Under the pieces are notes generated by a model. That model ran no database searches, had not been told where the DNA came from, and saw only the letters and a list, made by a program, of their open reading frames with translations. A program made the position numbers and the translations under genes. This document shows, piece after piece, positions 16,256 to 30,597 of a stretch of DNA of 64,000 nt; the stretch's first letter is position 1; each line of letters opens with the position of its first letter. The DNA is from Eledone cirrhosa (lineage: Eukaryota), in the NCBI GenBank assembly GCA_964016885.1, contig OZ024740.1, positions 214,396,001 through 214,460,000 on the forward strand, given 5' to 3'.

Positions 16256-18160
16256 CAATTCACCCTTCTTGTTGATTAACAGCCTAGGATTATGCATAAA
16301 ATCTCTTCAGATTTGTCGATCTAACTTTAGCATTACTACAATTCTTTTCAGTATATATATAAGCTATGGAATGGCGGATACCTCATTACGTTTACCATGA
16401 CTACATCTTAGAAGTGTGACGTAATTAGCATGTTGACGAAGATTTCTGACGTAAATCTCTTGTGTACCAGCTGACATGTAAAAGTTTTCAACTGTCTCAT
16501 ACACCAGTACAGAGAAATTCCCACAACCATTATATATGCATACAATCATACTCATATTACATTACGTACATATATAATATAGATTTAGATGCATCCCATT
16601 TGGTTTGTTTCATTCACCGTTATTGTTGATGATGATGGTGATGTTGTTGATGATGATGTTGTTGATAGTGATGATGATCGTGGTGGTGATGATGAAGGAG
16701 AAGAAGTATGTATTTATGTTGAATTCTGGTCGAGTAGATTTATAACAGAGATTGGCAAAGGAAGACAAGTTGTATTGAAGTTTTATTTGCGACTAAATTT
16801 TATATATTATAAGTATTTTTTAAACAAAGATTTAGGACTGAAAATATATCTGATTTTATTTTATATATGTGGAGAGTTTGAAGAGTGAAAGAAGACTGTT
16901 AAATTATGTGCATAGAAATTCCCAATTGTGTTTGATGTTTTTAGTTAACATTTCATCCATCTTTCAAACTGTTTATTTCAACATTATTGACGGTAGAATT
17001 GCAGAAACAGGAGAGTATCAGGCTAAATGCCTCATAATATTGAATCTCGGTTTTCTACGTTCTATGTTCATATCCAACCCCAAATAGACTTTGTTTTTTT
17101 ATCACACATGTACAGGGGTCGATTCAATCACCTAAACTCCTCCCTTAGACATGTAAAGAAAATCATATTCTAAATATCCAGAAAATTAAATGAATGAAAA
17201 GGAAGTTTATAAATGAATTCTAGGAATTTCTTGTATCAAAGGTGATCCTTGAATAATAAACACACCAGTATACTAACACCATACACGCACATGTATACAC
17301 GTACACATACACACACACACTCACACGAACACACACACACACACACACACATGCAGAGCTATATAATTTTCCACATTTAAGTTCCCTCCCACATTTAAAT
17401 AATACGGGACTTCTCCCTCCCATTAAGCCCGCAAGTCTTGACGCTTTAAACGCTATCTGTGTTTCAACATTACTATAAAAGACTTAACCTTACTAGTCAC
17501 TCGCACAGCTTACTCGACTGATTTCAGAAAATCCTCACCGATTGACAGGCTTCTTCAATGTCAGTCATATCGGATTTGAAGAAAGCATTCATTGTTTGCT
17601 GAACAATGTATTGTAATAAACACCATGTTATTATTCATAATGAAGACGTTCAAATAATGGTGACATTTTCATAGTAAATGTTATTCACAAATATATTGGT
17701 GTGAAATTGAGTACTAATTTTCCTTTTTTTCTTTTTCTACTCCTCCTTCCCTATCATTTAAGCTGGCGTTGACATTGTTGTTGGCCCCAATGTTTAGACT
17801 ATATAGGGGCAGAAGATTACTGGGCGTTAGCGTGTCATTTTCCTTGTTGGTGGATTATAATAAAACCCTAAAGAAGCATATTGTTTCCTTAGAACCTACT
17901 AGAATATTGATTTCTTTCGTACGCATAAGGCGGGACTTGTGTTTGTAAGGGAGAAGGTTATAGTCATTTGACCCATACTTCCGTTTACTACTGGTACTTA
18001 CTTTATTGACACACAGGGGATGGAAGACAAACTAGACGTCTGCCATACTGAATTCACTTTCTTTCCATTAAGATCTCTGATTTCTCTGTAGATTCCACCG
18101 TATTTTACCCTTAGCTTTCTTGAAACTTGAATAGATTCACACACACACACACGCACGCAC

Positions 18161-18272
<112 letters not shown>

Positions 18273-18523
18273 TCACATGCACACACACACATATTCACGT
18301 AGTTTTGTGAATAGAAGAAATATATGTAGCAAGTGCAAAAGGGAATATTTCTTCTCCTGAAAGTTTAGTAAATATTTGAATGAAGAAAAAAGAATGACTT
18401 AAATGAAATGACGTGAAGAACTAATGCAAGGTATCTATGTTGTAATAAGTACCTATTCCACATACATCGATTCATGTCACTAGCAGAAACATGTAGAGAA
18501 ACTATTTATGTACATAAGGCCGT

Positions 18524-18620
<97 letters not shown>

Positions 18621-18627
18621 ATATATA

Positions 18628-18733
18628 TAAATGGCTTCTACAGGACTAGAGCTGTTTCATTCGAAAGAAATCATCAGGAAACCCCTTATGATTTCTTTCG
18701 AATGAAACAGTTCTAGTCCTGTAGAAGCCATTT
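18628..18733. repeat. Fold-back inverted repeat of a hammerhead-containing pLTR end
   Basis: Arms ~18628-18677 and ~18685-18733; right-arm core mutated to CTTATGA. Confidence 0.9.
18633..18683 (-). ncRNA. Type I hammerhead ribozyme motif (PLE pseudo-LTR)
   Basis: Minus strand GGUUUC-CUGAUGA-UUUCUUUCGAAU-GAAA-CAG(CUCUAGUC)CUG-UA-GAAGCC; 6-bp stem I, GUA cleavage triplet. Confidence 0.8.
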
Positions 18734-21100
18734 CTATATCAAATATTTATACTCTGCTAAAGTTTTTAATTAGTTCCTTATTTTATGATCGTTTCAGAGC
18801 GTTGATTGATCATGGTAAATCGATATGTTGATTAATAGATAATGGTATTGACACCACCTATTTCTAGTTTCAGAATCCTAGATCAATCTCACCGTCTCCC
18901 TCGTATGTTTCTTTTGTTTCTTTTGTTTCTCCCTCGTATGTTTCTTTTGTTGCCGACAGGTTTGAATTGAGAGACAATTTGTTGCTGGTCTGACTGTTTA
19001 CATTTCTATTCCACACAATCCATTGGGTTAAATGACCATATTTAATCCAGTTATTTATCACAAGTGTCTTAAACTAGTGTATATTTACTGCAATTTCTCT
19101 AATAATTTCTTAACCCAGCCATCTTAGATCTAACTTCGTTTTATGTAGTTATTTGAATTTAACAACTGTTTTGGTCCAATTTTTTGCTCTCTCAAATTCT
19201 GTGATTTATTTATTTTTCTTTCTCCTGTCATTGCAAGACTTTCTGTGTATTTGGTTATATGTAAATTTATCTGCAAATGTTGACCCAGCACATTTTAATT
19301 AGTAGTTTTTAACACATCTTTAGTGACTTTTTCTCTCCATAATTAAAATTATTTTAATAAATTCTAGTTGCTGAAAATGTTTTCAACTAACTTCCTTGTA
19401 TAACTGTTATAAATATCAATAATAATAGGATAATGTTAAGGATGTTAAAATGCAGCTTAGTTATGTAGTTAATATACACCTGAAAGCACGCAAATGATGT
19501 TTAAAATAATATTTTTCAAATTTAGAGATCATTTAAAATATATGAAAAACATAACACTATAACATCTGTTGGATTAAAATTTTGAATTAGATTAAATTTT
19601 ATATATTCCAATATTGATGGAAGATATCATTTTCCTGAAGAATTATTAGAGAGATGATGGTACATGTTCCTAGTTGCAATTGATCCCTAAGGCTGATACT
19701 TTCTCTTTATAAATAATGTATTTCCTAAAAGATTTGCTCTATAAATAATGTATTTCCTAAAAGATTTATTATGGCCCAAATTTAACTTAAAAGGGTTCAT
19801 TCTTTTATTTCAATTTTATTGTCTTATAAAACTGTGATAATACTTTCATGACATCTGGTGTTGAAATTATATTCCAATACAACTATATGTAACTGTTAAC
19901 TAGTAATGCAGCTTAACATATAACTTAAAAATGTGATATTTAACATTCGCTTATTTCATTTAAGAACAAAGGTTTTGGTTAAATGTAAACCTTGTCCCAC
20001 TCCAGTATTTATCCAATTATTGAATTTTCTTATTTAAGATTTTCATTGCTATATAATAGTACACTGATTTATATGACTTTATTTCATATTTTAATTATTA
20101 GGAAACTTATTGTAATCCTGTCTGCTTTAATATTTTTTTGGGGGGAAAAAGCTATCACCCAAACAAGTATTTTTAGAGTGTAATTATCTTTCCTTCTGTG
20201 TTTATTTGCTATATATAGAATATTTTCATGCTCATTTTTTTTATGTATGAAAATAGGTGAGAAAAAATTTATTTGCAAAAAGCTTAATTTTTTGTTGTAT
20301 GTAATTTCTATATCTTTGCTAGTGTTACTAATGTATTGGTGTCAGTTCACTTTACTGTATCCTGCCCCGAAAAATAGTTGGTCTTAAAATATATGATACA
20401 TTAAATAAGCTTTCAACAATTTTGAAAATGCATATGGTTAAAAATTTATATAGTTAAAAAATTCTGTATTACAAATACTAGTAATTAATAAAAATAGTGT
20501 CTAGAGCTTTTATGTTTTTATTTTGTTGCCTTTTTTTCTTTTAGTTATCTCTGGGAAGTAGCTAAACAAACTAGTATGCTTAGTTATGGGATTTATATTG
20601 AAATATCTCATCAAATTTTACATTAGTGATACAGTTCTTTGGTGAAATATTGCTTCGGCTACAAAATACTTTAAACTGACATATCTTCAAATATTTTTAT
20701 ACTAAAATATCTTTTACAATTAGATGGATATATTCAAGTGAAGTGATTTGTGTAGGTAGTGAATATAGAGTTAGGTATCACTTCACTTAAGAATTATTTT
20801 TCTTCGATATATCTTTACAGCTTTCAATATATATATGATTCCCTTTGCACTCTTGTTTTGTTATGAACTAATTGAATGTAATTAATTTAAGAGATTTTTT
20901 AAAAGTATTTCTGTTTATAGAAAACACCTGAATCTTAATGTTTGTTTCATATATGATATTGTAACAAGTGCATCTGAGCACTGTACACAATAATTTTCAT
21001 TATTATTATTATAAATTACAAGTAGAAAAGATCAGACTATATTTCATAATCCCTGGAAGGAAACAATGTAATTATTAATAAGAAGAATCGAAACTAATGC

Positions 21101-21170
21101 ATGCAAGATTTCAAAACTCTAGCATCACTTCTTCATAGTCAGCCTATAAATCTTGCAGCCTACCCTCGTA
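21101..21170. mobile_element. Mariner-like terminal inverted repeat remnant
   Basis: CATAGTCAGCCTATAAATCTTGCAGCCTACCCTCGTA ends in TA; its reverse complement resembles 13266-13285. Confidence 0.5.
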
Positions 21171-21672
21171 CATTTCTTTCACCAACCATCCCTGATGCTG
21201 ACCTAGCATCAGCAATTCTTTCTCACTGGTCACGTTAACAAAGAAGTAATAAAATTCGGTCTATCACTTCCTATGTGTGAGTGTCAAGATGAAAATATCG
21301 ATTTTTACAAATGTGTCTGCCTATGTATTCACCATTTCCTTTTTGTTTGTCACTTTTAAATCTAAGATTTTTGTTTGGTAGCGGGGGAAAATGTAAATAT
21401 TGCTATGGTTTTTGTAAGAACCTTTTCCTACAGCTAACTTAGCGGAGGCCATGTTTACAAATATTCTTTAAAATTGTCTGAGAGAGGAAAATTGTCTGAA
21501 ACGAGGAAAACCAAAGGAAAACTGTCTTCATCTCTCCATGGAACGTTTCTACACAAAATACGATATAATAAAAAACAGCCAATTTGGAAACTATCCGATT
21601 TTTTCTTTTGTCAGAAACTGGTGAGCTCGGAAAAAAAAAATTTATTGCTGGTAACTACATTATTATTATTGT

Positions 21673-21875
21673 TGTGGATTGGAAGAATCGGTAGAGCGTC
21701 GGACAATATGCTGTGCGGCATTAGTTGTGGCTCTTTACCAAATCCTGCTGAGGTTAGTTTTGCCTTTAACCCTTACAGGGGTTGATAAAATAAAGTACCA
21801 GTCATGCACTGGGGTCCATTTAATCGACTTTCCCCTCCCCCAAAATTGATGGCCTTGTCCCTATATAAGAAATCA
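21673..21875 (+). mobile_element. Diverged tRNA-SINE related to family A
   Basis: GTGGATTGGAAGAATCGGTAGAGCGTCGGAC...GATAAAATAAAGTACCAG...TGGCCTTGT. Confidence 0.8.
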
Positions 21876-22114
21876 TTATTATAGTAGTAATAGTAGTAGC
21901 AGTAGCAGTAGCAGCAACAACAGCAACAGCACCAGCAGTAGCAGCAATAGAAGCACCAGCAGCAGTAGTAGCAGCAGCAGCAGTAGTAGTAGTAAAACAA
22001 TGATGTAAATGATACATACTTTCATTTCCCTTGATGTTAGATATTGTTTCAATATAGGCAGCACTATTCCTAGATCTCTCGCTGTTCTGTTCTACTACTC
22101 ACTATTGTCATCAC

Positions 22115-24112
22115 ATACGTTGCCATATATTAAACCTACGACTATATTGCCAACGTTGTCATGTATTAAACCTACGACTATATTGCCAACGTTGCCATAT
22201 ATTAAACCTACAACTATATTGCCAACGTTGCCATATATTAAACCTACGACTATATTGCCAACGTTGTCATGTATTAAACCTACGACTATATTGCCAACGT
22301 TGCCATATATTAAACCTACGACTATATTGCCAACGTTGCCATATATTAAACCTACGACTATATTGCCAACGTTGTCATGTATTAAACCTACAACTATATT
22401 GCCAACGTTGCCATATATTAAACCTACAACTATATTGCCAACGTTGCCATATATTAAACCTACGACTATATTGCCAACGTTGCCATATATTAAACCTACG
22501 ACTATATTGCCAACGTTGCCATATATTAAACCTACGACTATATTGCCAACGTTGCCATATATTAAACCTACGACTATATTGCCAACGTTGCCATATATTA
22601 AACCTACGACTATATTGCCAACGTTGTCATGTATTAAACCTACGACTATATTGCCAACGTTGCCATATATTAAACCTACGACTATATTGCCAACGTTGCC
22701 ATATATTAAACCTACGACTATATTGCCAACGTTGCCATATATTAAACCTACGACTATATTGCCAACGTTGCCATATATTAAACCTACGACTATATTGCCA
22801 ACGTTGCCATATATTAAACCTACGACTATATTGCCAACGTTGTCATGTATTAAACCTACGACTATATTGCCAACGTTGCCATATATTAAACCTACGACTA
22901 TATTGCCAACGTTGCCATATATTAAACCTACGACTATATTGCCAACGTTGCCATATATTAAACCTACGACTATATTGCCAACGTTGCCATATATTAAACC
23001 TACGACTATATTGCCAACGTTGTCATGTATTAAACCTACGACTATATTGCCAACGTTGCCATATATTAAACCTACGACTATATTGCCAACGTTGTCATGT
23101 ATTAAACCTACGACTATATTGCCAACGTTGTCATGTATTAAACCTACGACTATATTGCCAACGTTGTCATGTATTAAACCTACGACTATATTGCCAACGT
23201 TGCCATATATTAAACCTACGACTATATTGCCAACGTTGCCATATATTAAACCTACGACTATATTGCCAACGTTGCCATATATTAAACCTAAGACTATATT
23301 GCCAACGTTGTCATGTATTAAACCTACGACTATATTGCCAACGTTGCCATATATTAAACCTACGACTATATTGCCAACGTTGTCATATATTAAACCTACA
23401 ACTATATTGCCAACGTTGCCATATATTAAACCTACGACTATATTGCCAACGTTGCCATATATTAAACCTACGACTATATTGCCAACGTTGTCATGTATTA
23501 AACCTACGACTATATTGCCAACGTTGCCATATATTAAACCTACGACTATATTGCCAACGTTGTCATATATTAAACCTACAACTATATTGCCAACGTTGCC
23601 ATATATTAAACCTACGACTATATTGCCAACGTTGCCATATATTAAACCTACGACTATATTGCCAACGTTGCCATATATTAAACCTAAGACTATATTGCCA
23701 ACGTTGTCATGTATTAAACCTACGACTATATTGCCAACGTTGCCATATATTAAACCTACGACTATATTGCCAACGTTGCCATATATTAAACCTACAACTA
23801 TATTGCCAACGTTGTCATGTATTAAACCTACAACTATATTGCCAACGTTGCCATGTATTAAACCTACAACTATATTGCCAACGTTGCCATATATTAAACC
23901 TACAACTATATTGCCAACGTTGTCATGTATTAAACCTACGACTATATTGCCAACGTTGCCATATATTAAACCTACGACTATATTGCCAACGTTGCCATAT
24001 ATTAAACCTAAGACTATATTGCCAACGTTGCCATATATTAAACCTACAACTATATTGCCAACGTTGCCATATATTAAACCTAAGACTATATTGCCAACGT
24101 TGTCATGTATTA
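22115..24112. repeat. 36-bp minisatellite (~55 copies)
   Basis: Unit ACGTTG(CCATA/TCATG)TATTAAACCTACGACTATATTGCCA. Confidence 0.97.
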
Positions 24113-24892
24113 TACCTGCCATTATGAATTCTGCTTTCATCTTAAAATTATGTCAATTTACAACAATGCTTCATAAACAAGATTTTTTTTAACACAAAAA
24201 TTACAAATTTTCGCAACGTTTGTGTTTTTAGTGGATTCTATAATTAAAAGAAAGCTAATATAATTAAGAGGCATAATTATCAACTAGCATTTTGGATTAG
24301 CATTTTTTTTTTCAAACCGTTTTTCTTTCTCATTTTTTTATTTCGTTTTTTTCTTCCCTTTTTTGGTATATTTCATCAGAATGATTCCCTCTGCTGATGA
24401 CAATGTAGCCCCGAGTTATTATTGTGACCTCCGTTTGTAGTTGAATAATCTAATGTTTGAAGTGCCGCGTCCATTTGTGCATTGTTTATCGCTTACCAAT
24501 TAATGGAATTCGTAATTATACCCTTCAGCTTTCAACTCTGCAAGCTGTGCCGAGCTGCTCTAAAAACATAGCTTATTTAGTCGACACGAAGCTGGTTGTG
24601 AGTGAGAAGGCAGGAAATAGAGCTACTCGCAATAGCTGTCATGATTATAAAGCAATGTAAGACGTTCAGTCTAGTTCGTTAATCAAATTAGTTACCTCCA
24701 ATACACAGCGCCTTGCCACTTGACTTACTGTTTTCTGTTATTGTTCAGACGTCACTGGGCCAAGCACCATTCTGTTATGAACATCTGACCAATATTATTC
24801 ATAAGGTTAAATAAAATACACACATTCACACACACAGACTCTCTCTTTTTCTCTTTCTCTCTCTCTCTCTCACACACACGCACATACACACA

Positions 24893-24929
<37 letters not shown>

Positions 24930-24949
24930 CGCTCGAGCAGGCACACACG

Positions 24950-24988
<39 letters not shown>

Positions 24989-25334
24989 ACACACATACAC
25001 ATACACACACACACACATATATATATACAGATGCATAAACTCACGTTCTCTCTAATACACTCAGTAACAAAACAAAACACGAGACGAATACTTGAAATTT
25101 AACAAGCTCATGGCTATGATATCAACATGAATATTTAAGTTTGTTGTCAAGTTAGGAAAAGAAACAAATGCAAACGAAACACAAGACAATAACAAGAACA
25201 ACAACAAAAAAATCAATGAGAATTGTTAAAAACTGACTATTTTACGATAGTAGTCAAAGAAAAATACTTTATTACAATCTAATTTAGATTATATTGAAAA
25301 AGTTCGAAATAAATCATTTTACACGTTAATACAC

Positions 25335-26872
25335 ATTGTCTACACTGTCTCTCATAGAATAAGACATGTCGTTGTCTACACTGTCTCTCATAGAATAAGA
25401 CATGTCGTTGTCTACACTGTCTCTCATAGAATAAGACATGTCGTTGACTACACTGTCTCTCATAGAATAAGACATGTCGTTGTCTACACTGTCTCTCATA
25501 GAATAAGACATGTCGTTGTCTACACTGTCTCTCATAGAATAAGACATGTCGTTGTCTACACTGTCTCTCATAGAATAAGACATGTCGTTGTCTACACTGT
25601 CTCTCATAGAATAAGACATGTCGTTGTCTACACTGTCTCTCATAGAATAAGACATGTCGTTGTCTACACTGTCTCTCATAGAATAAGACATGTCGTTGTC
25701 TACACTGTCTCTCATAGAATAAGACATGTCGTTATCTACACTGTCTCTCATAGAATAAGACATGTCGTTGTCTACACTGTCTCTCATAGAATAAGACATG
25801 TCGTTGTCTACACTGTCTCTCTTAGAATAAGACATGTCGTTGTCTACACTATCTCTCTTAGGATAAGACATGTCGTTGTCTACACTGTCTCTCATACAAT
25901 AAGACATGTCGTTGACTACACTGTCTCTCATAGAATAAGACATGTCGTTGTCTACACTGTCTCTCTTAGAATAAGACATGTCGTTGTCTACACTGTCTCT
26001 CTTAGAATAAGACATGTCGTTGTCTACACTGTCTCTCTTAGGATAAGACATGTCGTTGTCTACACTGTCTCTCTTAGAATAAGACATGTCGTTGTCTACA
26101 CTGTGTCTCTTAGGATAAGACATGTCGTTGTCTACACTGTCTCTCATAGAATAAGACATGTCGTTGTCTACACAGTCTCTCATAGAATAAGACATGTCGT
26201 TGCCTACACTGTCTCTCTTAGGATAAGACATGTCGTTGTCTACACAGTCTCTCATAGAATAAGACATGTCGTTGCCTACACTGTCTCTCTTAGGATAAGA
26301 CATGTCGTTGTCTACACTGTCTCTCTTAGAATAAGACATGTCGTTGTCTACACTGTCTCTCTTAGGATAAGACATGTCGTTGTCTACACTGTCTTTCATA
26401 GAATAAGACATGTCGTTGCCTACACTGTCTCTCTTAGGATAAGACATGTCGTTGCCTACACTGTCTCTCATAGAATATGACATGTCGTTGTCTACACTGT
26501 CTCTCATAGAATATGACATGTCGTTGCCTACACTGTCTCTCATAGAATATGACATGTCGTTGCCTACACTGTCTCTCATAGAATATGACATGTCGTTGCC
26601 TACACTGTCTCTCATAGAATATGACATGTCGTTGCCTACACTGTCTCTCATAGAATATGACATGTCGTTGTCTACACTGTCTCTCTTAGGATAAGACATG
26701 TCGTTGTCTACACTGTCTCTCATAGAATATGACATGTCGTTGTCTACACTGTCTCTCTTAGGATAAGACATGTCGTTGTCTACACTGTCTCTCATAGAAT
26801 AAGACATGTCGTTGTCTACACTGTCTCTCTTAGAATAAGACATGTCGTTGCCTACACTGTCTCTCTTAGAAT
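25335..26872. repeat. Second, unrelated 36-bp minisatellite (~43 copies)
   Basis: Unit TCTACACTGTCTCTC(A/T)TAG(A/G)ATAAGACATGTCGTTG. Confidence 0.97.
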
Positions 26873-27130
26873 TAGAATGAGATATGTCGGTTTATATAAT
26901 GAAGCGGGAGAGGAAGGGGATAAAGGAGGATATAAGGATATAAAACGAATGAAATAAGAAGGAAAAAGAAGGAAAGAAAGAAGAAAAGAAAGAAAGAAGA
27001 GAGGAACGAAGAAAGGAAGAAAAGAAGAAAGGAAGAAAGGAATAAAGGAAGGAAGAAAGAAAGATGTTTGACGTGTTCCAACTGTCTTTCAGACAACTGT
27101 TATGGTGTTTGTCTCTATTATATAACATAG

Positions 27131-27318
27131 GGCGGTGGATTGGCAGTATCGGTAGAGGGTCGGACACCTTGATTTGCAGCATAGTTACGTCCATTTACGA
27201 TCTGAGTTCAAATCCCGCCGAGGTTGACTTTGCTTTTCATCCTTACTGGGTCGATAAAATGAAGTACCAGTAATGCACTGGGTATTTGCTGGCCTTGTGC
27301 CTAAAGTAGCAACAATTA
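27131..27318 (+). mobile_element. tRNA-SINE family A
   Basis: Near full-length match to the other copies. Confidence 0.9.
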
Positions 27319-27373
27319 TATAACATATAAGTCCTAATGATGACGTAGGTACTTTTTCAATGTTACAACTATC

Positions 27374-29755
27374 GATAGAGTGTAGCTCAGAGATGAGAGA
27401 GTCACTCCAGGTAGAGCCGCTACTACTCCTCAAGAGTCTTTGGAGTAACGTTACTTGATAGAGTGTAGCTCAGAGATGAGAGAGTCACTCCAGGTAGAGC
27501 CGCTACTACTCCTCAAGAGTCTTTGGAGTAACGTTACTTGATAGAGTGTAGCTCAGAGATGAGAGAGTCACTCCAGGTAGAGCCGCTACTACTCCTCAAG
27601 AGTCTTTGGAGTAACGTTACTTAATAGAGTGTAGCTCAGAGATGAGAGAGTCACTCCAGGTAGAGCCGCTACTTCTCCTCAAGAGTCTTTGGAGTAACGT
27701 TACTCGATAGAGGTTAGCTCAGAGATGAGAGAGTCACTCCAGGTAGAACCACTACTTCTCCTCAAGGGTCTTTGGAGTAACGTTACTCGATAGAGTGTGT
27801 AGCTCAGAGATGAGAGAGTCACTCCAGGTAGAGCCGCTACTTCTCCTCAAGGGTCTTTGGAGTAACGTTACTTGATAGAGTGTAGCTCAGAGATGAGAGA
27901 GTCACTCCAGGTAGAGCCGCTACTTCTCCTCAAGAGTCTTTGGAGTAACGTTACTTGATAGAGTGTGTAGCTCAGAGATGAGAGAGTCACTCCAGGTAGA
28001 GCCGCTACTTCTCCTCAAGGGTCTTTGGAGTAACGTTACTTGATAGAGTGTAGCTCAGAGATGAGAGAGTCACTCCGGGTAGAGCCGCTAATTCTCCTCG
28101 AGGGTCTTTGGAGTAACGTTACTTGATAGAGTGTAGCTCAGAGATGAGAGAATCACTCCAGGTAGAGCCGCTACTTCTCAAGAGTCTTTGGAGTAACGTT
28201 ACTTGATAGAGTGTAGCTCAGAGATGAGAGAGTCACTCCAGGTAGAGCCGCTACTTCTCCTCAAGAGTCTTTGGAGTAACGTTACTTGATAGAGTGTAGC
28301 TCAGAGATGAGAGAGTCACTCCAGGTAGAGCCGCTACTTCTCCTCAAGGGTCTTTGGAGTAACGTTACTTGATAGAGTGTAGCTCAGAGATGAGAGAGTC
28401 ACTCCGGGTAGAGCCGCTACTTCTCCTCGAGGGTCTTTGGAGTAACGTTACTTGATAGAGTGTAGCTCAGAGATGAGAGAATCACTCCAGGTAGAGCCGC
28501 TACTTCTCCTCAAGAGTCTTTGGAGTAACGTTACTTGATAGAGTGTGTAGCTCAGAGATGAGAGAGTCACTCCAGGTAGAGCCGCTACTTCTCCTCAAGA
28601 GTCTTTGGAGTAACGTTACTTGATAGAGTGTAGCTCAGAGATGAGAGAGTCACTCCAGGTAGAGCCGCTACTTCTCCTCAAGAGTCTTTGGAGTAACGTT
28701 ACTTGATAGAGTGTAGCTCAGAGATGAGAGAGTCACTCCAGGTAGAGCCGCTACTTCTCCTCAAGTCTTTGGAGTAACGTTACTTGATAGAGTGTAGCTC
28801 AGAGATGAGAGAGTCACTCCAGGTAGAGCCGCTATTCTCCTCAAGGGTCTTTGGAGTAACGTTACTTGATAGAGTGTAGCTCAGAGATGAGAGAGTCACT
28901 CCAGGTAGAGCCGCTACTTCTCCTCAAGAGTCTTTGGAGTAACGTTACTTGATAGAGTGTGTAGCTCAGAGATGAGAGAGTCACTCCAGGTAGAGCCGCT
29001 ACTTCTCCTCAAGAGTCTTTGGAGTAACGTTACTTGATAGAGTGTAGCTCAGAGATGAGAGAGTCACTCCAGGTAGAGCCGCTACTTCTCCTCGAGGGTC
29101 TTTGGAGTAACGTTACTTGATAGAGTGTAGCTCAGAGATGAGAGAGTCACTCCAGGTAGAGCCGCTACTTCTCCTCGAGGGTCTTTGGAGTAACGTTACT
29201 TGATAGAGTGTAGCTCAGAGATGAGAGAGTCACTCCAGGTAGAGCCGCTACTTCTCCTCAAGGGTCTTTGGAGTAACGTTACTCGATAGAGTGTAGCTCA
29301 GAGATGAGAGAGTCACTCCAGGTAGAGCCGCTACTTCTCCTCAAGGGTCTTTGGAGTAACGTTACTCGATAGAGTGTAGCTCAGAGATGAGAGAGTCACT
29401 CCAGGTAGAGCCGCTACTACTCCTCAAGAGTCTTTGGAGTAACGTTACTCGATAGAGTGTAGCTCAGAGATGAGAGAGTCACTCCAGGTAGAGCCGCTAC
29501 TTCTCCTCAAGAGTCTTTGGAGTAACGTTACTTGATAGAGTGTGTAGCTCAGAGATGAGAGAGTCACTCCAGGTAGAGCCGCTACTTCTCCTCAAGAGTC
29601 TTTGGAGTAACGTTACTTGATAGAGTGTAGCTCAGAGATGAGAGAGTCACTCCAGGTAGAGCCGCTACTTCTCCTCAAGGGTCTTTGGAGTAACGTTACT
29701 TGATAGAGTGTATAGATCGGAGATCAGTGAGTCACTCCAGATAGAGCCGCTACTT
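27374..29755 (+). repeat. 83-bp minisatellite (~29 copies) derived from RTE LINE coding sequence
   Basis: Units start at 27374 and 27457; the 85-bp variant translates as GVTLLDRVCSSEMRESLQVEPLLL. Confidence 0.95.
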
Positions 29756-29995
29756 CTTAGAATTGAGAGATCACAGCTCTGATATTACAGACAGGTGGTT
29801 AGAATGTCTCAGGAAAGAATCGCTGGACAGATTTTACGGACAAAGCAAACTACAGGAGTCCCAGGAGTAGACTCCGATCAAGATGGTTTGATAATCTCCA
29901 TGAGCTTGGTTGGTTTCGTTTGGGTTACGGTTAGGATTGCTTCTAACCGGGCTCGCTGGAATATGTGGACTCTGCCCCTCACGACCTCTCAGCAA

Positions 29996-30026
<31 letters not shown>

Positions 30027-30054
30027 AAGAAGAAGAAGAAGAAGAAGAAGAAGA
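29690..30054 (+). mobile_element. Degenerate RTE-clade LINE 3' end with (AAG)n tail
   Basis: Translates IEPLLLRIERSQL*YYRQVVRMSQERIAGQIL and, in another frame, RSPRSRLRSRWFDNL, like RTE ORF C-termini (EPLLL.IERSQLRW.GH..RM...RPRGRPR.RW.D). Confidence 0.75.
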
Positions 30055-30597
30055 TAATTATCACACATGAGAATAGATTGAAAATGTAGAGGGATTTTCT
30101 AAAGGTTCCGCGTAAATTGTGGTCTAGTGGCTAGTGTGTTGAACTGACGATCATAAAGTCGTCAGTTGGAGTTTGTGATCTTTATTTCAATATCCTAAAA
30201 TGGTAGATGGTAGAATCAGTAAAGAAGTGGATAAAATTCCTCGTGGAATTTAGTAACAATCCTCCTTTTAAATTTAAATATTACTGAGCATGACTCGTCT
30301 TTCATTCTTCTGAAGTCGATAAAGTATATGAGATACAGAGGTAATGGAGTCGAATACATGCAACCCAATATGATATGGCCTTATGACTGTTAATAATCTT
30401 TATTTGATTATACAGGGAGATGGTGAATGGCCTATATCGTCCCTCGTTCTATTGTTTATTTCAATGAAACATTTCATCTTAATTTTATGTAAGGGCCGTG
30501 TTATGTTATGTTCCAAACACCAGCTTAACAATAAGAAAGTTAGTTATATTATTAAGTCTCTCCAAATTCTTGATTATTTTCAAAACTATTTGAAACA

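Noticed and set aside
17474-17502. TATAAAAG plus Inr-like TCACT core promoter
   Set aside because: Spacing of ~25 bp is short, no downstream gene is visible, and the motif is expected by chance in AT-rich DNA.
18870-19061. Minus-strand ORF ending KETYEGDGEIDLGF
   Set aside because: Protein-like look comes from a small tandem duplication; upstream stop, weak acceptor and no recognisable homology.
24373-24400. CTGATGA on both strands
   Set aside because: No accompanying stems or correctly placed GAAA.
25326-26843. 505-aa (MSYSMRDSVDND)n ORF
   Set aside because: Wholly inside a 36-bp minisatellite, with no unique flanking coding sequence.
22115-29755. CRISPR-like appearance of 36-bp palindromic repeats
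   Set aside because: Units are head-to-tail with no unique spacers, no cas genes, and the context is eukaryotic.
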